A DNA stretch of 59,239 nt from Prevotellaceae bacterium (GCA_031267135.1 JAIRZQ010000165.1:1-59239); one strand, 5' to 3'. Numbered from the stretch's first letter, positions 42,301 through 50,517 are shown. Notes: generated by a model not told the origin, from the letters alone. Translations and numbers: made by a program.

Positions 42301-42569
42301 ATGAAAAAATGAAGTTCATATAAGCAAACATTATACGGCAAAAGGTATGCCAAAGTTCGCTTACTGTTACTGAATTTGCAAATCAAATAAATAAAACGTG
42401 CGAAAATGTATATGACATTTTTAAGCGTTCAAGTATTGACTCTGCATTACTGTTGCAAATATCAAAGGTATTGCATTATAACTTCTTTAAACATTTTAAA
42501 GAAAAAGAAGAAACATCCGAATTCTCTGAATTTTCTGATTATTATGACTATTATGATATAGCTAAATAA
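42301..42569 (+). pseudogene. Disrupted paralog of the XRE-like HTH gene (cassette 2)
   Basis: It is nearly identical in nucleotide sequence to 36063-36341. It has a 2-nt deletion after the ATG (atgaaaaaatgaagtt versus atgaacaaaaatgaagtt) and a 1-nt insertion near 42325-42332. The HTH-encoding frame therefore opens after a TAA at 42321 with no start codon. Confidence 0.6.
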
Positions 42570-42585
42570 CAAGCACTTATCTTAA

Positions 42586-42667
42586 AGTGTGAAATAAAAT
42601 TATACACAGTGTGAAATTTTATTTACGCAAAAAGCATTTTCTTTAAAAAAACATGTTTATACTTTTG
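42586..42667 (+). promoter_or_regulatory. Second copy of the direct-repeat operator candidate plus -7 box (upstream of precursor 2)
   Basis: AGTGTGAAAT at 42586-42595 and 42608-42617. TACTTTTG at 42660-42667. Confidence 0.35.
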
Positions 42668-42730
42668 TGAAAAATAAAAAAGGAGAATTGTTACGCCCGA
42701 AAGATAACATAAATTAAAAATTTTATAATT

Positions 42731-42919
42731 ATGAAAAAGGTATCTAAAAAGGTACAAAGCACCAAGTTAAATGAAAGCAAGTACTTTTCTTTAAATGGCA
42801 ATATGCTAAAAATTAAAGGAGGTCATAATGGCGACGACCTAGTCAGCAACACTGACCGTACTTGTAATGGTGGTTGTGGTGCAACTTCAGCATTTGTTAA
42901 TGGTGGTATAGTAAATTAA
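42731..42919 (+). CDS. Candidate RiPP precursor peptide 2 (Gly-Gly leader)
   Basis: The 62-aa peptide is MKKVSKKVQSTKLNESKYFSLNGNMLKIKGG followed by HNGDDLVSNTDRTCNGGCGATSAFVNGGIVN. It has the same ATGAAAAAGGTA start and 5' leader as precursor 1, but a Gly-rich core containing two Cys. Confidence 0.65.
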   Translation: MKKVSKKVQSTKLNESKYFSLNGNMLKIKGGHNGDDLVSNTDRTCNGGCGATSAFVNGGIVN

Positions 42920-42942
42920 CTAAATGATGTAACCTCATTATT

Positions 42943-42995
42943 GTTTCCTCAATAAATTAAATTTATCTTTAATTAAGTTGATTTTTTGAGGAAAC
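42943..42995 (+). terminator. Hairpin after precursor 2 (attenuator-like, analogous to 36722-36781)
   Basis: Perfect 10-bp stem gtttcctcaa/ttgaggaaac (42943-42952 and 42986-42995), followed by tttcttt. Confidence 0.4.
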
Positions 42996-43071
42996 TTTCT
43001 TTAATGATTTTACATTAAGTAATAACTTTGCTTTATAATATTTTTAAACAAAATTAATTTATTGAATAAAA

Positions 43072-44377
43072 ATGAACTCGGCATATAAACAGTTTAATAT
43101 TGATAATTCAGCATACGTATTTTATATTGAAGATTTTGAAATTTTCAAAATACTTCAAGGTAAAAATATTGAAAATGTATTGCAGGAAATAAAAAATGAA
43201 AAAGAAAAGTATAATCCAAACATAGAGAAAACAGAAAAGAAAAGTATAAAAGATGACTTTATTTTTAACAGTAAAATCATCAATACTATTGGACTTGATA
43301 TAGCGCATGGTTGTACTTTGGATTGCACATATTGTTATGTTTCTGCATCTAAAAAGCCATGACAATTATTAAATACAGAAAAGTTTTTAGATATATTAAA
43401 GTTTCTAAAGAATGTAAAAGACAATCATATTACTTTCTATTTTACAGGATATGGAGAACCTGTTTTAAATTTTAATTTATTAAAACAAGTACCTTATCTA
43501 TGCAAAAAAAATGGGTTTAATAAATGTGATTTTGATCTAACGACAAATGGAACAATATTAACGAAAGAAATGATTGATTTTTTCAAATTGAATAAGTTTA
43601 CAATATATATAAGTTTGGATGGCAATGATAAAATTAACGATGAATCTCGCGTATACCACAACGGTAAGGGAAGTTTTAATGATGTATTTAATAATATGAA
43701 TTTGTTAAAAAAATAATATTAAATTTTCATGTAAAACAGTGGTGTTGCCGAATAATAAGAACCTTGCAGAAGCATTTTTATTTTTTGAAGAAAACAAAAT
43801 TCATTTTATTTTTTCTATTGCTACAAATTCATTTGATAATCATTTTTCACCAAATATCGAAGATCTTAAAACTTTTGAAGAACAATTGGATATAGTTATT
43901 GACAATTACAGAAAATTGATTGAAGGCAATAACAAAATATACGCAGCTAAAATAATAAATGATTTAAAAAGAATTCATTATGGTGCGGTTAATAAAAACG
44001 GATGTGTAGCCTCAAAAGAAGGTTATTTTATAGATATTGACGGAAACATATTTTCTTGCTCTTATCATTCTAGTTCTAAAGATTTATCTATTGGTAATAT
44101 CTATACAGGAATTGATTATGAAAAAATAATCAAAAACAGCTATTATGCTAAACCTGTAGATAATTATCCAGCATGTAAAGTTTGCTGGATGAAATATTTA
44201 TGTTCCGGATCTTATTTTGCCATAAAATGGTTAGAGAATAAAAATACGGATGATCCATCTGAATATCTGTGTAAAACTTACAATATTTATTGGCGTGCAA
44301 TAATTAAATTGTATATCCAGCTTTACCCTGTTATAATTAGTGGTAATAATATTAATTTTTGTGACAGGAAAAACTAA
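43072..44377 (+). pseudogene. Radical SAM/SPASM enzyme of cassette 2, interrupted by an in-frame TGA and a homopolymer frameshift
   Basis: The CxxxCxxC motif (CTLDCTYC) is at residues 81-88. There is an in-frame TGA at 43360-43362. The frame then continues as QLLNTEKF...ITFYFTGYGEPVLN...YISLDGN... to a TAA at 43714. A 7-A run at 43707-43713 separates it from the frame encoding KNNIKFSCKTVVLPNN... and the SPASM-like C-terminus (CKVCWMKYLCSGS). Confidence 0.7.
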
Positions 44378-46775
44378 TCATATTATATTCAAGCTGTTTA
44401 AGTTACTGCTTGTTACAATATTTGTATCAGGCGTAAATGAGTTGCACTCTCAAACGTTCATTATCAAAGGAAATATAAAAAATTCAATTGGAGAACCTGT
44501 TGAATTCGCTAATGTTGAACTGTTATTTGAATCTGTTTATCATCAATACGCATTAAGCGATTCTACAGGAAATTATTACTTAAAGGCAACAAAAACGGGT
44601 GATTGTGAATTATTAATAAATATTTTAGGATATTCTACTGTTCGTAAAAAAGTTACTTTGAAAAATGACACAACCATCAATTTTGTTTTACAGCCTAATC
44701 CGCTTATTATTAATGAAGCAACAGTAATTGGACAAAAAGGCTTAATTCAGGCTATGTCAGGCAGATATGTGATAAATATTGGCGGTAACATCGAAACCAA
44801 AGGTAAAGGAATCACTGATATTTTGAAACAGCTACCAACTGTAAATATATCCGAAGAACGTTTAAGCATCTTCGGAAAATCATCCGTTATTGTGTATATT
44901 AACGACCGGATTGTACGATTAGAAGGACAATCTTTATTAAACTATCTTAATTCCTTGCCACCTGATATTATCAACAGTGTAGAAATAATATCTTCGCCTC
45001 CTGCTCAATATGATGCAGAAGGTAATACGGGAATTATTAAAATAGTAACGAAAAAAAATATTCTTCCGGGATGGAAAGAGTATTTTAGAGCACTTTATGC
45101 TCAAAGCGCTTACTCATCTTACATGGTTTCTACATTTGTAAATTATACCGGAGGGAAAATGTTTTTTGAGGGAAGTATAATCAATTTTAATTCTTCTATC
45201 TTAAGTCGAGTTAATTATTATGGTTATTTTCCCAATGAAATAACAACTACATTTAATCCAAGAAAGTGGAACTCTATTGGTTATGAGGCACAAACAAGCC
45301 TGGGATATAATTTCAATAAAAACTCAAATATTATTGTTAATTTGCAAATACCATTATATGGTAAAGTAACTATGACGGATATTGAAAATACAACCAGTTT
45401 TATTAACTCTGCTAATAATCAAACCGATTCAAGCATAAATTCTAACGGTACAATGATAACGAATAATTATACATTTAATTCAGAAGTGTTTTTTAAACAT
45501 TTGTTTTCAAACCGGGAATCATACTTTACGGCAAGTATGGCTTATCTCAATAATTACACGAAAAATAGAAGAGGCTTTTCTTCTTTAATGCAAATTAACA
45601 ATATAAATTCGACAACTGATAATTTTTATACAGAAGGAGGGTTGAATTATAATATTTTAACTCCCAAGTTAGATTTTAATTTTCCATTATTCAGTTGTAC
45701 AGTTAATACGGGTCTTAAACTGTCATTTATTGAAACTTCCTCTGATAATACATTTTTTAACATCATTAATTACAATCACATATTGGATCCTGCTCTGTCA
45801 AATAAATACAAATATACAGAGAATGTACAATCAGTGTATTACAGCATGGAAAAAACTGTTTCAAAATGGTCGTTTAAAGCGGGAATACGTGCCGAAACAA
45901 CAAAAACTGTCGGCAATTCACTGATTACAGATGAACAGTACAAAGATAATTATGCAGATTTTTTTTCATCAATTTATATATCTCATAAATTGAATAATAA
46001 AAGCAATATTTCAATTAGTTATGCTGAGCGAATTGAAAGACCTCCGTACCAATACTTAAACCCATTTAGATGGTACATCAGCAAATATAATTATGGTATG
46101 GGAAATCCTTTTCTAAAACCTTCTTATATAAAAAATCTCGAATTAGCTTATGTACTTAATAATACGTTCAGTATTAAAACATATTATACTCGTCAAAATA
46201 ACAAAATTGGACAATATGTTGTGCTTGATTCACTCAATATTTTGGAATCAATACAGCAAACGGACAATTTTTTTAATGTGAATATTTATGGAATCAATGT
46301 CTATAAATTATTGAAACTGTTTGACTGGCAGGAAACTGTTTTACAGGCTGATTTTTCTTATTCTGAATATAAATCAAATGAAAAAGAGTTTGCTAATATG
46401 TCCGGCATAAGTAGTACAGTCATTATGAATAATACAATTTTTATCAATAAAAAGTTTCAACTGATTTTTAATTTGGAAGAAAGGCTTCCCGGTTTATATA
46501 ATTACAGATCAATGAATAATTTTTTCAAAATAGATAGTGGACTTAATTACGTACACAGTAAAAAAGGAATTGAAGTGAGGCTTTTGATCAGCGATATTTT
46601 TAAAACAGCAAATCCTGAATATTCTTATATAAGTAGCGGTATTAAACAAATTTACCGAAATTATAATGATACCCGAATGGTTAGATTAGTATTGTCGTGG
46701 AGACTTGGCAACTGGTATAACAGAACACCACAAATATCTTCCCCTTCTAACTTAGATGAAAAACAAAGATTATAA
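44361..46775 (+). CDS. Second TonB-dependent-receptor-like outer-membrane beta-barrel protein
   Basis: Paralog of 39893-42250. IKGNIKNSIGEPVEFANVEL is the CarbopepD_reg-like region, and ILKQLPTVNISE...YINDR...LPPDIINSVEIISSPPAQY is plug-like. There is no ATG start. GTG at 44361 (or 44340) precedes the signal-like KLFKLLLVTIFVSG. Confidence 0.65.
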   Translation: MTGKTNHIIFKLFKLLLVTIFVSGVNELHSQTFIIKGNIKNSIGEPVEFANVELLFESVYHQYALSDSTGNYYLKATKTGDCELLINILGYSTVRKKVTLKNDTTINFVLQPNPLIINEATVIGQKGLIQAMSGRYVINIGGNIETKGKGITDILKQLPTVNISEERLSIFGKSSVIVYINDRIVRLEGQSLLNYLNSLPPDIINSVEIISSPPAQYDAEGNTGIIKIVTKKNILPGWKEYFRALYAQSAYSSYMVSTFVNYTGGKMFFEGSIINFNSSILSRVNYYGYFPNEITTTFNPRKWNSIGYEAQTSLGYNFNKNSNIIVNLQIPLYGKVTMTDIENTTSFINSANNQTDSSINSNGTMITNNYTFNSEVFFKHLFSNRESYFTASMAYLNNYTKNRRGFSSLMQINNINSTTDNFYTEGGLNYNILTPKLDFNFPLFSCTVNTGLKLSFIETSSDNTFFNIINYNHILDPALSNKYKYTENVQSVYYSMEKTVSKWSFKAGIRAETTKTVGNSLITDEQYKDNYADFFSSIYISHKLNNKSNISISYAERIERPPYQYLNPFRWYISKYNYGMGNPFLKPSYIKNLELAYVLNNTFSIKTYYTRQNNKIGQYVVLDSLNILESIQQTDNFFNVNIYGINVYKLLKLFDWQETVLQADFSYSEYKSNEKEFANMSGISSTVIMNNTIFINKKFQLIFNLEERLPGLYNYRSMNNFFKIDSGLNYVHSKKGIEVRLLISDIFKTANPEYSYISSGIKQIYRNYNDTRMVRLVLSWRLGNWYNRTPQISSPSNLDEKQRL

Positions 46776-48645
46776 AAATAAATTTAAATATAATGTTATG
46801 CATAAAATGTTAAAACCGTATAAAGAAGAAAAGCCATTAATTACTATTAACAGAATTCGTTCTATATTGAATGATGTTGGGATATTTGTTTCCGAAAAGT
46901 TTATACAAGATGGTGATTATTTTACCTGTAGAATTGTAATAGCTAATGATAACTTAATGGAATTTAATATAGGCACTAATGGCAAGGGAACGAGCATAGA
47001 ATATGCTTATGCCAGTGCCTATGCTGAGTTTATGGAAAGACTTCAAAATAATGTATTAATAAAAGCATCTTTCTTTTTTTCAAAATATTATAATAGAGAT
47101 TGTGTTTTTAAGAAACAATTAAAATTAGAAAACAAGGAATTGGATTTCTTATTTTGCCCTGATGAAAAAATGATAGAAATGACTAAAATAATTGATGAAA
47201 ATTACGAAATATTAAGAAAGTCATTCTCAATCAACGATAAAGATGAATTAACGGATTTTATTATTAATACATTTAAATATGCTAAAGCAATTTGTATTCC
47301 TTTTTATAATCAAAAAAATAATACAACAGATTATTTGCCAATAGATCTTCTTTTTTACGGTACAGGTTCAAATGGAATGTGTGCAGGAAATACTCCCGAA
47401 GAAGCTTTAATTCAAGGTGTATCTGAAATTTTGGAAAGATATGCCGCTATGGAAATATATATCAATGAAATTACTCCACCAACAATACCTCATGATTATT
47501 TTAAAGAATATCCAATATATAATTCACTAAAAAAACTTGAGGAAAAAGGATTAGAATTGATTATTAAAGATTTTTCATTAAGTAAAGGGCTACCTGTTAT
47601 AGGTGTTATTGTAATTGATAAAAATTCGAGGAAATATAATGTTAAAATCGGCTCGGATCCATGGCCTATAATTGCATTAGAAAGATGTTTAACGGAATTG
47701 CATCAGAGTTTTTTTGGAATTAGATTAATAGACAAATGTGATTATGGTGATTTTATAGAAAAAGAAAAATATAATGGATTAAATAGTGTAGAGGCTGAAC
47801 ATATTAATTTAACAAAAATTATTAACAATGCAACAGGACAATGGCCGGATTCTATATTTAGTGATGATTTTACTTACGAATTTACGGGTCTAAACTTTAA
47901 CTTAGGTAAAAGTAATAAATCTGATTTAAAATACTTATTACAATTAATAGATGAATTAGGGTCACAAATTTACATTAGAGATGTTTCATATTTAGGATTT
48001 AATTCGTATTACATTGTAGCTCCCGGCTTAAGTCAAGATAAAAGGAATAAATCTGCTTATGCCCTTTTTAATAAACTGCATGTTTTAATTAGGAATATTA
48101 ATAATACTTCAACATTAACAAAAGATGAATTAACCTCTCTCGTGTCGTTATTAGAAGAAAACTATATTGCAATTAAAGAAAACTATATAGAGTTTGAAAA
48201 AATATTTTTTTATAATACAGATAAAGAAGCTACCGATTTAACCATTGATTTATTTTTAAGTATGGCAAGCTATAAATTAGGGAAAATTGACAAAGCGTAT
48301 TCATATTTAAAAAATTATTTAAAAAATAAAGATGTGCAAGATTATTTATATTTTTATGCATGTAAAGATTATTTAGCGTTATTGCAAAATGAAAAAAGCA
48401 CATATGAAGTCCAATCATATATGACTAAAATATACGATATTGATTTGGCAAAAGAAGTTATTGAAGACATGCAAGATGCTAATAATATTTTTAAATCATA
48501 TAATTTACAGTCGTATTTTGAATGCAATAATTGTGATATCAAAGAATTTAAGTATTTTAAAGTCGCATCCATATTGAAAAACATTGAAAATAAACATAAA
48601 GCCCAAACTATTGACCAAATGAACTTATCAAAAATATTTTATTAA
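46756..48645 (+). CDS. Second YcaO-domain protein with long C-terminal extension
   Basis: YcaO signatures are GTNGKGTSIEYAYASAYAEFMERLQN and GTGSNGMCAGNTPEEALIQGVSEILERYA. The terminal motif is reduced to CNNC. The start more likely lies at ATG 46798 or 46807, after the stop of the preceding gene. Confidence 0.8.
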   Translation: MKNKDYKNKFKYNVMHKMLKPYKEEKPLITINRIRSILNDVGIFVSEKFIQDGDYFTCRIVIANDNLMEFNIGTNGKGTSIEYAYASAYAEFMERLQNNVLIKASFFFSKYYNRDCVFKKQLKLENKELDFLFCPDEKMIEMTKIIDENYEILRKSFSINDKDELTDFIINTFKYAKAICIPFYNQKNNTTDYLPIDLLFYGTGSNGMCAGNTPEEALIQGVSEILERYAAMEIYINEITPPTIPHDYFKEYPIYNSLKKLEEKGLELIIKDFSLSKGLPVIGVIVIDKNSRKYNVKIGSDPWPIIALERCLTELHQSFFGIRLIDKCDYGDFIEKEKYNGLNSVEAEHINLTKIINNATGQWPDSIFSDDFTYEFTGLNFNLGKSNKSDLKYLLQLIDELGSQIYIRDVSYLGFNSYYIVAPGLSQDKRNKSAYALFNKLHVLIRNINNTSTLTKDELTSLVSLLEENYIAIKENYIEFEKIFFYNTDKEATDLTIDLFLSMASYKLGKIDKAYSYLKNYLKNKDVQDYLYFYACKDYLALLQNEKSTYEVQSYMTKIYDIDLAKEVIEDMQDANNIFKSYNLQSYFECNNCDIKEFKYFKVASILKNIENKHKAQTIDQMNLSKIFY

Positions 48646-48660
48646 AACTAATGATTCATT

Positions 48661-48932
48661 AATTAGGGATATTCAGAAAAGGAGTAACATATTGATAGTA
48701 ACCTTATAACAAACTATCATTTCCTGAAAATTACTACGATTTTTGCCCCAAATATGGTGAAATCGGGGTAATTGTAATATTAATTTGTTTACCACATCAA
48801 ATCATTTGTCAAAGTATGATATAGAAACAGAGATTTTTCCAACAAATTATCGCAAAAAATCACGTCAAGAGCAATATTTTACTGCCAAAACGTAAAACTC
48901 TTTTTTTCTGCATTTCCTGAATTTCCCTAATT
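48661..48932. mobile_element. Noncoding segment of about 272 bp bounded by imperfect 16-17-bp inverted repeats (MITE-like or recombination scar)
   Basis: The left repeat is AATTAGGGATATTCAG (48661-48676). The right end at 48913-48932 has reverse complement AATTAGGGAAATTCAGGAAA. A third partial copy, CATTTCCTGAA, is at 48718-48728. No ORF is present. Confidence 0.35.
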
Positions 48933-48976
48933 ATATAAAGCAAATTGATACATGTAAATTATTTGATAAATAAAAA
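48929..48976 (+). repeat. 48-bp relic identical to the 3' end of ycaO-1 (39811-39858)
   Basis: aattatataaagcaaattgatacatgtaaattatttgataaataaaaa occurs at both positions. At 48929 it has no upstream reading frame. Confidence 0.8.
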
Positions 48977-49125
48977 TCAGCTCTTTTTCATATTACGCGA
49001 ACCTGAACAAAAAAGTGCCGCAATAATCATATCCGAATGCAGGCAAAGTATATAAAAAAACTCTTGGAAAATTCTGTTTTCAAATCGTTATAGCCTAAAA
49101 ATAAGGAAAATATGCGCTAATAAAA

Positions 49126-50517
49126 TTATTTCTCCATAAATTTCAATACTTTTCCGCTTATTTGCAAAAGCGATATTTCGCAAAGTTTTGTATCGTATTG
49201 CGCCGATAATATGCGTTCTTCGGCATCGAGAAGATTTTTTTGAGCTTCGCGCATTTCAATTCCCGAAAGGTCGCCAAGCATGTATCTGTCCATCGCTATT
49301 TCGTGATTTTGCTTTGCTGCAACAAGATTTTCGCGTTCGAGCTTCAACATTTTAATATTGTTTATGTATGCCTGCCACAAATTGGTAATATCAGCCCTTA
49401 ACGACTGCTCAATCTGCATACGCTGCAAACGTGCATTTTCTATTTCGATACGCGCATTTTTTTGCTGGCTTCGGCGAGTGCCGTCAAAAATGTTTATTCC
49501 CAGAGCAAGTCCGAAATCCAAGCCTGCAACCTGACGCCGACGATAAGCATTTGTTTCGTAAGTATTTAACGTATATCCATAACTCGAACTTAACCGTAAA
49601 TACGGATATTTGCGCGAATTTACGGATTTCAGGTTTAGCTGTGAAAGCGTTACGTTTTGTTCGGATTTCAACAATTCTGCATTTGTATGCAATGTAGATT
49701 CCAGTAAATCGTCGAAAACCAGTAATTCATCAACATCTATCACAGAATCAACAATTTCAATATTCATGTCAACATTGTCATTTGCCATTAATTCGTTTAT
49801 GCGGATACGCGAGGTATTCAACAGTTCGTGCTGTTTTACATATTTTGAACTGTCGGCGTTGAAATCAACGCGAGCCTGCTGCAAGTCAAGCCGCGACATG
49901 TTGCCTATCAGGTAACGCGCTTCGACAATACGCAACCGCTCCTTTGAAAGCGAAACGGCATAAAGAAAATTATTTATGCGTATTTTTTGTTGAATGTAAT
50001 TGTAATATTCGGCTGTAAAGTTTGCTATAAAATCTTCGATTGCAATGCGTGTATTTACTTCGCCTGCAGCTTCAAGTTCTTTCAGGCGTTTATAATTTGT
50101 TGTTATATTAAATCCATCGAATATTGTCCAGTTCAGCGATAATCCTGCATTAAAGGTATTATCGAGAACACCTGTGCTTTTTTCTATTTCGTTTGTTGTT
50201 CTGATGGTTGACTTCGTATCGTTCAGAGTTCCCGAATACCTGCCCGACAAATCTACTGTGGGATAATACCCCGCATTTGCTTTTGTTGCATTATTTTTAC
50301 TTATTTGCTGTTCGTTTTTCGAAATACGCACCGAATAATTATTTTCCAAGCCCGATTCCAGGCATGATTTTAATGTATAAATGCCTTGAGCGTTCAATGT
50401 CCATGACATTGTGAAAATTGCTGCTATTGTTAATATTTTTTTTGTAGTACTGCCTATTAGTATTTTCCTGCAATGTGAAACAGGAATTTTGATATTCAAT
50501 TTTAGTCTATTGTTCAT
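49126..50517 (-). CDS. TolC-family outer-membrane efflux protein
   Basis: 463 aa with two repeated helical/beta OEP-type halves. It is the last gene of the adaptor-pump-OMF operon and overlaps the pump gene by 11 nt. Confidence 0.85.
   Translation of the reverse strand: MNNRLKLNIKIPVSHCRKILIGSTTKKILTIAAIFTMSWTLNAQGIYTLKSCLESGLENNYSVRISKNEQQISKNNATKANAGYYPTVDLSGRYSGTLNDTKSTIRTTNEIEKSTGVLDNTFNAGLSLNWTIFDGFNITTNYKRLKELEAAGEVNTRIAIEDFIANFTAEYYNYIQQKIRINNFLYAVSLSKERLRIVEARYLIGNMSRLDLQQARVDFNADSSKYVKQHELLNTSRIRINELMANDNVDMNIEIVDSVIDVDELLVFDDLLESTLHTNAELLKSEQNVTLSQLNLKSVNSRKYPYLRLSSSYGYTLNTYETNAYRRRQVAGLDFGLALGINIFDGTRRSQQKNARIEIENARLQRMQIEQSLRADITNLWQAYINNIKMLKLERENLVAAKQNHEIAMDRYMLGDLSGIEMREAQKNLLDAEERILSAQYDTKLCEISLLQISGKVLKFMEK

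Noticed and set aside
42060-42386. 108-aa minus-strand ORF spanning the end of the OM barrel gene and the HTH relic.
   Set aside because: It is antisense to a well-supported CDS and to the duplicated HTH module. No counterpart exists opposite the first copy of the module.
43360-43362. In-frame TGA in rSAM-2 read as selenocysteine or programmed read-through.
   Set aside because: I could see no SECIS-like hairpin immediately downstream. The position does not correspond to a catalytic Cys of the CxxxCxxC or SPASM motifs. The same gene also carries a frameshift, so pseudogenisation or read error is more parsimonious.
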